A program made the translations under genes and the position numbers. A stretch of DNA of 64,000 nt, taken from Azolla caroliniana (taxonomy: Eukaryota; Plantae; Polypodiophyta). The stretch is taken from assembly GCA_043228905.1 (NCBI GenBank), contig JBHGNT010000017.1, forward strand, positions 7,068,001 through 7,132,000, in the 5' to 3' direction. Under the pieces are notes generated by a model that saw only the letters and a program-made list of their open reading frames with translations, did not search any database and was not told where the DNA came from. Shown here in pieces: positions 24,740 to 38,300 of this stretch. How positions within the stretch are numbered: position 1 is the stretch's first letter; every line of letters starts with the position of its first letter.

Positions 24740-25955
24740 AATGGTCCCCTATGCCTCCATAGTTGGAAGCCTAATGTACATGATGGTGTGTACAAGGCCA
24801 GACATCAGATATGCAGTTGGAGTGGTTAGCCGATATATGAGGAATCCCGGAAGAGAGCATTGAGTTGTTGTGAAGTGCATACTATGGTACCTGAAAGGCA
24901 CCTCGAGCATATGCCTCTGATTCAGATAAGGTAAACCCCTATTAGAAGGCTTTACTGATTTGGACATATCAGCTAATGTTGATACCAGCCAATCCACACC
25001 CGGATACGTAATGACCTATGTAGGGGGAGTTGTATTGTGGTAGTCGAGGCTGCAGAAGGTCGTGGCACTGTTGACTATGGAAGTCGAGTACGTGGCTGCA
25101 ACAGAAGCTAACAAGGAAATAATATGGATGAAGGAGTTCATTGGAGACTTGGGGATTCGGCAAGAGGAATTCCGATTCTACTCCGATAATCAGAGTGCCA
25201 TCCACCTTGTGAAGAATGTTGCCTACCACTTGAGGACCAAGCACATCTAGAGGAGATACCACTGGCTTCGAGAGCAGGTAGAAGAAAGGGGCTTTGCTCT
25301 GATAAAGATCCATACGGTCGGGAATGGATCGGACATGCTAGCGAAGGTGTTGTCGACCGAAAAGCTGGACGAGTGCTTGAAAAGGGTTGGGTTGGTGAAG
25401 TACCCCATGCCGGATGAAGGGGGAGTTTGTTAGATAACAGGTCCCTCCGGATGGGAAGAGGAGCTCGAATCGGAGAAAAGGGGAGAACTGATTCTCATGG
25501 AGTCAATGAGTATTTCGGCCGAGGCCGAAATCGAAATTGAAACCGAAACCGAAAATCGATTTAATAGTCGATTCGGGAGACTATATTTGTAAATAGTCTA
25601 GACGTGCCCATTGAGGCTTTATTTGTAAATAGTATGCTATGTATATGAGTATATATACACTTAGGGCAAGTAGTTAGAAGGTGTGGATAATCAATATATT
25701 TGTAATAAGTTACAATGTGTAGTTGCCTCTAAGTGAGAGAGTAAGAGTAATTGTATCTCTATTGTCGTCTATTAGACGAAGATGAGCTTGAGGTCGTTGC
25801 CTCCGAGTCTCCCTGTATATTCATCTTACACATAGTGATTTATTTTCTTGGGGTTTGTGGACCCTCGTGGGTTTTCCCTTTAAGGTTTTCCACGTAAAAC
25901 ACCCGGTGTCTCCGTGTCTCTGTACTTTCTGTTTCCTGTTGTCTGTGCACTGTCA
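24740..25955 (+). mobile_element. Copia RT/RNase H end, PPT and 3' LTR (from 25428)
   Basis: PYASIVGSLMYMMVCTRPDI, VALLTMEVEYVAATEA, RTKHI; AAGGGGGAGT|TGTTAG. LTR is related to but clearly diverged from 21492-22040. Confidence 0.88.
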
Positions 25956-25974
25956 TTTTCGATTTTTGAACCCG

Positions 25975-27700
25975 AACATATGTACGAGAAAACAGTTGTA
26001 GACGGTCACAATTCTGACGCTTCAAATCGGTATGAGACCCGAAATGGGCAGAAGAAGAATAATGTTGATTCGGTTGACCGAAAAGAGAAAGAAAAGATGA
26101 AGTTCTTGAGCTTCTAACTGGGCTCTGAGATAGAGAAATCGACAAACCTTCGGAAGGTCTTGGAGGAGTGAATCCTCGACAGACCGGTGGAACTCTCCTT
26201 GCGGGAGGTTTTGGGCCTAGCGAAGAAAGAGTTCCACGACACCATCATAGACCTAGTAATGAGGAAGCGGCTCTCGATAGAGCCAGAGGTAGAGAAGTCA
26301 GTCGAGGTAAAGGCAACATTGATCGACGAAGTGGCGGTGTAAGAAGAATATGCCGACAACCATTACACAAAGCCGCACTAGGCTAGGGCGATGACGGAGA
26401 CTCCGGTCCGGATCAGAGACATCAAGGAGTAGGTGGTGGCGCTAATCGACCATGGATGGGAGATCAACTTAATCTCCATGGACTTCAACAAGAAGGGAAA
26501 ATGGGTGATCAACACGAAGCACGTTTGGAAGATACGCATGGCGGCTCATATAGAGACCAAGCTGTTGGACAATGGTTCAGCCTATGCCTGAGATAAGAGC
26601 AAGGACGGCCGGCATTTCTTCAGTTTTAAATGGTTCGGCCATACCACGAGAGAAATCGGGACACTCTCAACGGCGAAGGTGAAGAGGACTTTTAGAGAGG
26701 GCTATCAAGACTATTGTCACCGGGTTGGACAAGCCACTAACATAGGGTGTCCCAATGGAACACTTCACTAAAGCGGTGGTACGGTAAGGAATGTGTAGAC
26801 CGCAATACAGAACCTATCCTTCCTGGTTACTATCTGGAATGATTAACTTGATACACGCGTATGATAATCACATTAAGCATAGAACAATATTAACAAGATA
26901 AACAATATGTAAAGACATAACACTTCTCTATTAATTATCCGTCTTTACTTACATCGTCTCCGGATCCTTTTATAGGTATCTGGCTGGGTTACAAAGCGAT
27001 GCCAACTGGCTACGAACCAGTTCAGATCCAGATCGGCATATCAATTCTAGGTCCATCCGTCCGCTCTTATAATTATCATAATTTATCTAATTACAACTCC
27101 CAAAACCGGCTCCCCCTTTCATAGTCTGGCCTAACTGGCCAACAAAGACGTGGGGCCGAGATAGTCCAAATGGTCGCCAAAAACCCCACACTTGTACTAT
27201 AGGTAGGAAATTTTGGTCCTCCGAAAACGAAGGTTATAGAGTAGTCGGCATTGTCGAATGAGAAAGACAAAGAGTCGAGGAGCAACTGCGGGCATGCAGT
27301 GCCATGGGACCCGACAACTTGATAAGCGACGCCATAGAGGTGATTTCATTTGATGACACACTCGGGGAGATCGAGAGGGTGGTCTCGAGAGGCCTGAGTG
27401 AAGACTGGACGATTTCAGTCAATTCGGTCAAGATGTATGAGGTCATAGTGGAGTTTGGAAGGATGGTAAAGCCGGGCTGGATAGCCTGGGTCAACACCAA
27501 GTACAAGATTGTGGACCGAAAGGTGAGTCCAATCGCGGCACCCTTACTGGAGGACAACTGGGGGAGGATGAAAGGGGTCGCAACCGACCCGAGCTTGGGA
27601 GATCTAGCCGACATAGGGCATCAGTTCATCAACGAGATCGGTGGGGGTGGCTCCCTACTGCCCATAGAGGAAGACCGGTTCCGAAAGTCGTCATGAAGAT
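25975..27700 (+). mobile_element. Gypsy gag-pro fragments, interrupted by an LTR (about 26794-27095, minus) and by the Copia at 27704
   Basis: ELSLREVLGLAKKEFHD, VALIDHGWEINLIS (protease), VNTKYKIVDRKVSPIA. Confidence 0.7.
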
Positions 27701-30700
27701 TTTTGTTGAGAGACAAGCTCAACATTGGGTGCGTAAAACTATACGCATAACATGGCCGTAACGGTGCGTAAACCGAGAGGCTATTAGAACGTTATTCCTC
27801 GTAAGGAATATTTTTGGGAGTAAGTGTAGGATGCTCATTTATGAGCAATCAAGTACTGTCAGTACTTGTGTCAGCCCAATAGTCAGGGCTTGTATAAAAG
27901 GTGCTCACTGAGCACGAAGTATGTACAAAGAATTATTTTTTTGAATATAGTTTCATTTTCTGCTCTCTCTCTTTTTCTCTCCCTCTCCTTCTTTGTGATT
28001 TCTGCATTTTACCGAACTGTCATACCTCCGAATTGTGTACTCTGTGTGTTACGCATACGCTTCCGCATACGTATTCTTTTACATGGTATCAGAGCGGTAG
28101 GGTTGAGACTCCTCTGTAGCTGACAGAAAAGCTTGCGATAAAGACATAGTTAAGTTATTGTTTTCGGAAAGAATAAGACAACAATATGGACAGAGGAATG
28201 GGAAGTTCGCTACCGTATGAGAAGCTCGATAGGATCAACTACGCATCTTGGTCGTATAAGATGCACCAGTACCTGCTTGGTCATGGTTATTGGAGTTATG
28301 TCGAAGGAGCTAATGATACAATGCCCGAATCGACACACAGAGATTTTTCGGCTTGGGAACAAGCAGCAAGTAGAGTTCTTTACTGCTTCGCATCCTGTGT
28401 GAGCGACCAGCTCTCGAGCTACATTCGAGAAGCTAAGACGCCAAAGGACACGTGGGCGAATCTTAAGAGGATTTTCGCCACTAGCACAACGACTAGGAAG
28501 CTACAACTCAGGTAGGAGCTCAGCAATGTCCAACAGAAATATATGTCTATGGCCGATTACATGGCCCGAATCAAGGAGAACTGCAACTCTCTCGCCTCCG
28601 TCAACATGAACCTCGAGGAGGACGAAATGATGCAGGTTTGTCTTGGAGGGTTAGCGTCAAAGTTCGGAGCACTCCGAACATCAGTTTGCAGAAGGGAGAA
28701 TACGCCTTCGTTTTTCGAGCTTTAGTCCAATGCATGTTGATCGTGGACGAAAATCACGCGGGTGCGTCGACGAGTACACACGCCGGCAACATGATGTTGT
28801 ACATAGAGGACGATAGGCCCCATGGTCATGGCGGACGAGGCAGATCGGTGCGCAATGGAGGCGGCCAAAAGGAGCAGAACGTGCAACATAATCAAAATGA
28901 CGGAAGCAATTTTGAACCCTCCGAAAGTAGGGGGAGTCATAGCAGCACCGGAAGCCGGCAAGAGAAGGCCACGATGGAATGTTGGTACTGTGGCAAGAAA
29001 GGCCATAGGGAGTGCGAGTGCTGGAAGAAGAGAGCCGATTTGGACAAAGCTGGATCGAGCGGAATAGACGCAAAGAGGCGGTAGAATTTCGGCCAGAGGC
29101 GGAAACCGGGAAATGTTGACTACATCGGCGGGCTGCAACATGTGCACCTACCCTTGTACATTTAGTGTGAATAACGAGGGCGCCTTTATGGCGCCAAACA
29201 GTAGTTAAGTCGGGATTTATCCCACATTGTAACGCATCCCTCTCCTTGTTCTATAAAAGGAAGGGAGCGCCCCTCTTCGAGGGGGTTGCCCATTTTGTAT
29301 TAGAGGGTATACCGTTAGTTTAGGGTTAGTCTCTTCTTCTTCTTTCTTTCTTCTTCTTCTTCTCCTTCTCGAGTACTCGGGTGGCAGCTATGGCGGGAAA
29401 GTTGTTAGGTCAACTCCTCTTCTCCTGAGCGTACCCAACTCGCGACCGGGTTTGTGTCTCTCCTTGTTGTAGGTTTACTTCAGCCCGGCCTCCTGTGCAA
29501 GACCCCGCTCGGCGCGACAAGCCCGTGAGCCCCCGATCGGCAGCTTGGCAGCAGACAACTGCTGTAACCTCCCTTGGTACGGCTTTCGAGCCGAGGATGT
29601 ATTCTTTCCCTTGTAATATATACATTTGCGTCTGTCTGTGCATATTCGTGTCTCTGTCGGTGTCGGGTGCTTTCCCTTCCCTGCGTTTCCTGTACATAAG
29701 GGCGTGAATTGGGTCGGTGTGGTGTGTGTGTGTGTGCTTGTGTGTGTGTGTGTGTGAGTCGGTGTCAAGCGCGCGCTCCCGCTCTTTCTCTTTCTCTCGT
29801 TCGGTTGCTTCTGGAGCGCGTCCGAAATCGTCTTCTCGGCTTCCCTTCTTCCCTCGTGCGAGACCCCCGTGGTTCCGCCCTTCTACACGCATGTGCGTAA
29901 CAACGCGACATATTTGGTGAACCCGACGTGAAGGGCGGCAAGGGAGGATGGAGTTGGAAGACGACGACCTCGCGGAGATGGTGGCCGAAGTGGTGTTGGA
30001 GTCGACACGAGTGGTGATGAGGCGAGAAGTAGCGCAACAGGCGGTTGAGCGAGTGGTCGAAAGAGTCGGCCGTTTCAACGGGGACAAAGTCCCATCTTAC
30101 TTGGAAGCCTACAACGTGGAAATCGAGGAGCGAGACGTGGACGAAGCGTTGAGGCTGGAGTTCTTCTGTCAGGCTGTCAACGTCCGTATGCACGTGGAAG
30201 TGAAGGAGCTCTGAGAAGCTCATAGTTCGTGGGAGGCCTTCGAAGAGGCGCTCCTGCGGGCATATGGAGGACGGTGGAAGAGCAGGGGACGGCGCGACTT
30301 CGACCAGTGGGTAGCATCGGCAAAGACCCACCGGGGCGCAACGAAGGCGTTTCGAGAGTTTGAGTGACGGCTTGCTCGGCTCCCGGAGCGGGAACAAGGT
30401 TTGGTGGGGGCGGACAAAGTCCTATTGTTCATCAGGTCGATCAACCGAGCAGAACGGGAGGCCATCGGGATTGAGCTCGAAGACGATGACGGAGCGACTG
30501 GGCTTACGGAGGACTAGTTGAAGATCGGAAGGGTGTGCCAACGGCTTGACAATGAGCGAGCTGAGAAGGCTAAGAGGAAGGCGCGCGACGGCGTGCCATC
30601 ACAGCGGGAAGAGGCCGAACGGCAAAGAGAGTCGGCAAGGGTCAGCGTTGGGGCCAGGATTGTGGAGGCGTACGCAGCTCTCGAGGCGATGCTCGAGGAA

Positions 30701-33565
30701 GAGGAAAGATCGAGGCCGCAAGCCGAGACTGAGGAGACGGACCTGCCCCACGCGATGACGAGACATCGGTACGACGGTACCATGGGAGAGGGTGCGGAAC
30801 AAAACGCCCTCACGACTTGCGGAGATAGAACGGCCAAGGACGAGGCCGAGATACCGATCGCGGGATCAGAACGTTGGAACCAGCGGTGTCGGGCGTGTTA
30901 GCCTGAAACCCTGGTCATTGGAGAAGCAAGCCCAGACGGGGCTTGCGCGATCGGTAAGGAGACGACTGCCGACCACGAAGAGCCGGTGGCTATGGACAAG
31001 GGCGTAAAACGGACGGGCGATTCTTTGCGTCTTCCCATGCTTGCTCCTGAGACAACGACAGTCGGGCCCGAGTGCCCACGTGAGTCCCAGGAGGAAGAAA
31101 GCGGCCACGAGAGACCAAGAATCACCGGCGAGACGATACAAGGAAGGAGCGGACGAAAGCCCTCGAACCCGATTCCAGAGAACTCGGCGTTCGGGCCCTT
31201 ATGCCCATGTAAGACCCAGGAGATGGATGACGGTATCGAGGAGTCCTGGTACGATGCCATCGAAGGTGGATGGGAGATGGCCCGCGAAAAGGTCGACGAA
31301 GAGACCAAGGAACGACTCGACCGGGGACCGAACCGCGCGACACTCTGATACGGGTGGAGCGTAATCCGGTCGTGGATTGTTCGATCGGGGCCGGATTCGG
31401 CATAAAGGTGCCGATACGGGAGAGGGTGCAGGACGAGCCGCCCTCTTTTACATGGGGTGAAAGACCGACCGGGTGAAGGTCGCGAATTGGAAGGAGGGTG
31501 ATCAGAGGTTCAGAACGAGTCTCGCAAGGTCGGCATCAGAGCATAAACTCTGGACATTGGATAATCAAGCCCAGGCGGGGCTTGATTGATCACAGAGCGG
31601 ATGCTATCCACCGACAACACTAAAAGGGGCGGTGGCCCGGACGAGTCGCCGAAAGACGTTGCGGAATCAGTTACGCCACATCCTATCCGGAGACTTCGGC
31701 TGTTCAGCCGACGTGGCAATGTAAGACCGAAAGAGATGGAAGATTGAGGCGGGAACGTAGCAAGGAGAGCAACGACGAGTTCGGGATGAAGAGGAGAACA
31801 AAGACCGGTCCCATGAGATCTTCACACTGATCCGGCGGTCGCCCAGAGTGTCGGCGTGAGTCCTATAGGAGAGGTCGGTGGCAACAAGAGAACGGGACCC
31901 GACAATCCGGAGAATGATGAACGGACCCGAACGAGAACTGGGCGGAGCGGACTCCCGGATAACCATTCCGGGAGGGAGGAAGAGAGCAGGCCTACGAAGA
32001 GGCCGAGAACACGGTACGTCGGTACCACAGGAGAGGGTGTGGAGCGAGCCACCTTCTCAGCTTGCGAAGGCAAGAAGACCCGGGATAAGGGTCAAAGATA
32101 CGAGAAGCCCAAGGAGGATCCTTCACACCATATCTAGAGACTTCAGCAGTCGGCAATGCGGTCGACGTAAGACCAAGATACTGACGGTGGCGGCAAGGGG
32201 AGAAGGGCGGAAAACGGCGAGATACGAGGAGCCCAAGGAGGATCCTTCACACCAGTTCCAGAGACTCTGGCGGTCGGCCAGAGAGCCGACGTGAGACCTA
32301 GATTGGTGATTGGTGGCGGGAAGGGGACGAAGGCGGGGGAACTGCGGACGAGCGGTCTGCGGAGATCCTCACAATGATCCGGCAGTCGAACCGAGTGCTG
32401 GCGTGAGTCCTATAGGAGAGGTCGGTGGCGGCAGGTGAACGTGATCAGACGACGGAAGCAGAGAAAGAAGGTATTAGGCCAGCGAAGCGGCTACTAACCG
32501 AATCGGACCTACCAGCAAGGTCATGAGCATAAGGAAGTCCGGTCCTACAGGATCCCGACACCAGACCGAAGACTCCGGCTGTTCGGCCAACGTGGCAACG
32601 TAAGACCGAGGGAGAAGGAAGGTGGCGGCGGGAAACGGGGCCCGAATACGCGGAAGACACGAGGAGAGTCTGGGAGGGACTCAAACTAAGACACCCTGAA
32701 TTTCGGCAAGCAACGAAATGAAGACCGGTCCTATGGGATCTTCACACTGGTTTTGGAGACTCTGGCTATTCGTCCAACGTAGCAACGTAAGACCGAGGGA
32801 GAAGGAAGGTGGCGGCAAGGAACGGGACCCGTCATCGACAAAGGTCGGTAAGACGGGGCGGACGAAGCGCGGAACCCCTACCGGCCGGTTACGGTTTCGG
32901 AAGGAGCCGGTAGGGGCAACACGAGGAGGTGTGTCGGGCCGGAAAGGCACACCTGGGGCAGAACAAGAGTCTCGCAAGTGGCCATCGCGGGCCGGATCGA
33001 AGCGTGACTACGGGATGGTGTTCGGCACGGGCGGTGCCGAACAAAGGAAACGGAAGACGACACACAGAGGTGCTGGAGCGGAAAGGCGAGCGCGAAGAAT
33101 GGGTCGCCCGGTTCAGAGGTCGTGCGTAGAAGATCGGAGAAGGAACCTCCACACCGTTCCGAAGGCCTTGGCAGTTCGAGCCAACGTGGCGACGTAAGAC
33201 CAAGGAGAAGGAAGGTGGCGGCGAGGGGACGAAGGCAGTGGGGAACAACGCGGGACGACAATCAAGACCACGCGAATGGTCGACGGAGGCCAGGCGGGCC
33301 ACAACGGGCGTTCCTCAATCGAAGGACATCGGACGTACGACGGAGAGAAGAGTGTGCATACAGCCGAACAAGGGCCAACGGAAGTACGCGTACTACGGAG
33401 ATCGCGGCGAAGGACCCATCGAGGGGTCGAACGAGCCTACGGGGAGCTAAGCGAAGGAAGAACCGAAGCCGACGATTCAAACCGGCAGCGAGCCGGGATG
33501 TGGATTATGGAAGACCGGTTTTCTCACCGGCTGAAATCTCTCACTCTTCACCGGATTTGGCACGT

Positions 33566-33866
33566 TGTCGTGAATAATTTCGGCCAGAGGCGGAAACCGG
33601 GAAACATTGGCTACATCGGCGGGGTGCAGCATGTGTGCTCACCCTTGTACATTTAGTGTGTGTGTGTGTGTGTGTGTGCGTGTGTGTGAGTCGAGTCGAT
33701 GTCAAGCGCGCGCTCCCTCTCTTTCTCTCTTTCCCTTCGGTTGCTTCCGGTGTGCTTCTGGGATGCCCCGGAAACGGTGAAGTACGACTTCCTACGCTCC
33801 GTCACTCCCTAGTCCAAGACCCCTGTGGTCCTGCCTTTCTCCACACACGCGCGTAACAACGCGACA
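33566..33866 (+). mobile_element. Internally deleted solo LTR of a sister subfamily inserted in the 3' UTR of the element above
   Basis: TGTCGTGAA...GCGACA ends; about 550 bp missing between GTGTG and the (TG)n run; flanked by ACGT / ATGT. Confidence 0.72.
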
Positions 33867-34521
33867 ATGTACCAGTGGACGTGCGGTTTGGTGGGGGCAG
33901 ATGTCGTGAAGAATTTTGGCCAGAGGCGGAAACCCGAAAATGTTGGCTACATCGGCGGGGTGCAACATGTGCTCTCACCCTTGTACATTTAGTGTGAATA
34001 ATGGGGGCGCCTTTACTGCGCCGAACAGTAGTTAAGTCGGGATTTATCCCACATTGTAACGTATCCCTCTCCTTGTTCTATAAAAGGAAGGGAGCGCCTC
34101 CCTTCGAGGGGGTTGCCCATTTTGTATTAGAGGGTATACCGTTAGTTTAGGGTTAGTCTCTTCTTCTTCTTCTTCTCCTTCTCGAGTACCCGGGCGGCAG
34201 CTATGGCGGGAAAGTTGTTAGGTCAACTCCTCTTCTCCTGAGCGTACCCAGCTCGCGACCGGGTTTGTGTCTCTACTTTAGCCCGGCCTCCTGCGCAAGA
34301 CCCCTCTCGGCGCGACAAGCCCGTGAGCCCTCGATCGGCGGCTTAGCAGCAGACAACTGTTGTAACCTACCTTGGTCCGGCTCGAAGCCGGGGATGTATT
34401 CTTTCCCTTGTAATATATACCTTTGCGTCTGCTTGTGCATATTCGTGTCTCTGTTGGTGTCGGGTGCTTTCCCTTCCCTGCGTTTCCTGTACATACGGGC
34501 GTGAGTTGGGTCGGTGTGGTG

Positions 34522-34803
34522 TGTCGAATACATGTGTATAATGGACGTATTCACATTATCCCGTTTTGACCATTTCTGTAATTAGCATAAAGGGTAGTTG
34601 CCCTAAGTCAGTCACTATATATAGTGACCTTGTAACCTCTTTGTGTGGTTGGTTGTTGTATTCTTGTTTATGCAATAGAAAGACTCTTTTGTGTCTCTCT
34701 CTCTCTCTCTCTCTGTGCAACGACCTACCTTCTGTCATACGCAGGGAATGAACAGGAATCGAGTGCTTCTTGATCTTCCGCACTGACGACATCGCTTTCA
34801 ACA
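34522..34803 (+). repeat. 5' LTR of intact Copia
   Basis: TG...CA, direct repeat of 39591-39872. Confidence 0.97.
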
Positions 34804-35383
34804 TCTGGTATCAGAGCCTGCACAGTAGTCGGTCCTTCAATCCGCTGTCGGCCGTCGTCTCTGCATTCGGTTCCCTGCGTCATTCGAAGAAGAGAGAAGA
34901 AGAAGAAAAAAAAAAAACCAGGTTTGCATCTCATTGCGTTAGATCATCTTTGCTTGGAGTAAGCCATCAGGTCGTACTCTGTTCCTTGTGATCGTAACCG
35001 CTCGAGGTGAAATCCCCTAGTGCATCATTGACACGATCGTGCTCCATTCGGTTAAACGGCATCCGAAGAAGTCACCAAACGCTGCTCGTTGTAACCACTC
35101 GGTGCAGATCGGTCTCAAGACAACAACCCCAATTCGTGCTTCATTCGGCTGATCGACATTCGAGAGGATCAGTTGGATCTGTCTCTCTCGTCGCTGCAGT
35201 CAACCGAAGCAGAATCAGTCCAGATAATCGGTTTTAATAATCGGTATTCGGCACATATATCCGAAGCCGAACCGACTCGGGTTCAAATCCGACTAGAACG
35301 ATATCGGGTGAGCCAACCGGCTGCACTCCAACAAGGTTCACAGTCAACTCCGAACCGAGTCTCGTCAACCAAAACCGAATTTG

Positions 35384-38300
35384 ATGGCATCAACATCCGG
35401 CTCGTCAGAAATGAGTCTACGAAAGTTCGATGGATCGAACTTCAACTTCTGGAAAGAGCAAATGCAGGACTATCTCATAGTCAAGGGACAAATCGATCCC
35501 ATCGAAAACGAAGAACCTCCAGAAGGATACAAACCAGTTGAGTGGCAGAAGCTGGACAGAATCGTCCGCGCCACGATTCGGATGCACCTATCGGAATCGG
35601 TATACTTTACGGTGCAATCGTGTACGACAGCATTCGAACTGTGGAAAACACTGTCGGACACTTACGAAAAGAAGGTCGCCGCAACGAAGATGTTTCTGAT
35701 CCGGCGCCTCTACAACTTGCGGATGAAAGAATCCGATTCGGTTCAAGCACACCTCAATGAGTACGAAAGCATAAGCTCCCAAATCTCGTCACAGGGGACG
35801 GCAATCGAGGATGAACTCAGAGCAATGATACTCATGAGCAGCCTTCCCTCATCATGGGAAACTTTCGTCACAACCGTGTGCAACGCGTCAACCACGGCTG
35901 TTAAATACTCCGAAGTCACGAGCGCAATCCTGACTGAAGCAGCTCGGAGAAAGTCTTTCGCCAAAGACTCAACAGACGACGCTTACGTAGTACAAGGTTC
36001 GACAGACCGATCGAACATACGAGGAAGAGATTCCTCACGGCCGCCGAACAATCAGCGAAGACGGAGCCAGTCACGGGATAACCGAATCTGCAACTATTGC
36101 AAGAAACCCGGACACATCAAAGCCGACTGCCGCGCACTCAAGAACAAGAACAACAAGAGGAGTGGCCGGCATGAGGAGATCAATCACGTCAGCTTCTCAG
36201 CTGATGTGCTACCAGACGACCCGAACATACTATCAATCGAAAATCCAGTCGGCTCAGAAGTTCTGCTCACGACTGAAGAATCGAGCACATGGCTCTTGGA
36301 TTCGGGTGCGTCATTTCATGTGACTCCTCATCGGTCCCAATTTCGGCAATATACGATCCGTCACTCCGACTCAGTTCGGGTCGGCAACTCACAACACTGT
36401 GACATCATCGGAATCGGCACAGTAGAGCTCAACCTTGCAGGTGGCTCTACACTTGTACTCCACAATGTCCGACATGTACCCGAGCTCTCAAGGCCATTGA
36501 TCTCAGTCGGACAACTGGATGAAGACGGCATTCGTGCCGGCTTTTCTTCGGGAGGGTGGACACTCCACAGGGGGAACCTCCTGCTTGCTAGAGGACCCAA
36601 GATACACTCATTGTATCCGTTACATGTTACGCTCAGAGAGGGTAACCTGTTTTTGGTGGATATTCCTGTGTCATCATTATGGCACCGAAGACTGGGACAC
36701 CTCAGCAAGGCCGGCATCACGCACCTATCTAGAGCCGGATACATCCCCAAACTCTCCTTCTCGGACCATCAATTTTGCGAGCACTGCCAGTATGGCAAAC
36801 AAGCAGCCGCATCACACCCGACATCAGCACCAAGAGAAACGAGACCTCTCGACTTAGTCCATTCGGACGTCTGTGGCCCAATGCCGCATCAGTCTCTAGG
36901 CGGTGCATCTTACTTCGTCACTTTTATTGACGATTCGACTCGAAAAGTGTGGGCTTATCCAATTCGCACCAAAGATCGGGTCTTCTCGATCTTCACCGAT
37001 TGGCTCGCTATGGTGGAAAATCAAACCGACCGAAAGCTGAAATGCCTTCGGACCGACAATGGGGGAGAGTTCAAATCAGAAGAATTCGTCAAATTCTGCC
37101 GACAACGCGGCATCCGACGTGAATTTACGGCACCACACAGTCCGGAGCAAAACGGGATTGCAGAGCGAATGAATCGGACAATCCAAGAACGGATAGTTTC
37201 CATGCTCCAACACTCCGGACTGTCGGATGGCTTCTGGGCAGAGGCTCTACTCACGGCAGTACACATAATCAATATGTCGCCAAGTAGACCTCTAGGACTT
37301 CAAATTCCTCAGGAACTATGGATCGGCAGAAAGCCGAATTACGACAAGCTGAGGATCTTCGGATGCGAGGCGTATGCCCTTATTCCGAAAGATGATCGCC
37401 GCAAACTTGCACCTCGGTCCAGGAAATGCATTTTCCTTGGATATGGATCCGACGGCGAAATGGGATACCGACTCTGGGACCCCGAACGCAGACAAATCGT
37501 TCGAAGTTCGGACGTTGTGTTCAACGAGTCGGCTATGAATCCATCTGTCGAAAAACCGATCGAAGTCCGAAGGGTAACATTTTCCGATGTGCCGACCCTT
37601 CAAGAAGGCCCCGCTCTCAACACACGGTCAGCTTCACGGGTAGCTGAACCTTACACTACCGACTCAGACAACTCTGACTCGGCACAGCCGAATGATTCGG
37701 TTTCGGACCATCCGACCTCGATACCCGATGCGACCAGTCCAATCCTACTTCGACGATCCGAGAGACTGTCGCAACCTCCGGAGAGATATTCTCCTGGAAT
37801 TTTCTTCACCGACGCCGGCGAACCGACGTCTTACGAAGAAGCATCGACATCTGTCGATTCAGCCACCTGGCATCTGGCGATGGAGTCGGAAATGCACTCC
37901 ATTCGGGCAAACAAGACTTGGGATTTGGTCGAATTACCGAGGAACCGACGTGCTCTTCCTTGCAAGTGGGTCTATCGACTAAAAGAGACGTCTGATTCGA
38001 CCACCCCAAAGTACAAGGCCAGATTGGTTGCGAAGGGCTTCCGACAAGAATACGGCGTCGACTTCGACGAGATTTTTTCACCAGTGGTGAAAATGACAAC
38101 CCTTCGTTTCCTACTCGGCGTAGTGGCAGCCGACAACTTGGAGCTGATTCAGCTAGATGTCAAAACAGCATTCCTCCATGGTGATCTTGACGAGGAAATT
38201 TATATGGAGAAGCCAAAAGGCTTCGTGGCCACCGGCCAAGAACATCTAGTCTGCCGACTCAGGAAGAGTCTATACGGCCTCAAACAGGCACCACGACAAT

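Noticed and set aside
21492-25955. Single intact Copia bounded by LTRs at 21492 and 25428
   Set aside because: LTRs are only patchily similar, no TSD seen, and the interior is replaced by unrelated fragments.
27096-27190. TRIM-like mini element (minus-strand TGGCGACCA about 55 bp from a PPT)
   Set aside because: No second LTR found next to the putative PBS.
29318-29329. Interstitial telomere (TTTAGGGTTAG)
   Set aside because: Under two units; a telo-box-like motif within the LTR.
31680-33260. CRISPR-like repeat/spacer array
   Set aside because: Eukaryotic TE context; repeats are degenerate, spacing irregular (about 125-450 bp), no cas genes.
29410-33856. Many overlapping 60-225 aa ORFs on both strands
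   Set aside because: Expected in GC-rich TE sequence; no recognisable domain apart from gag.
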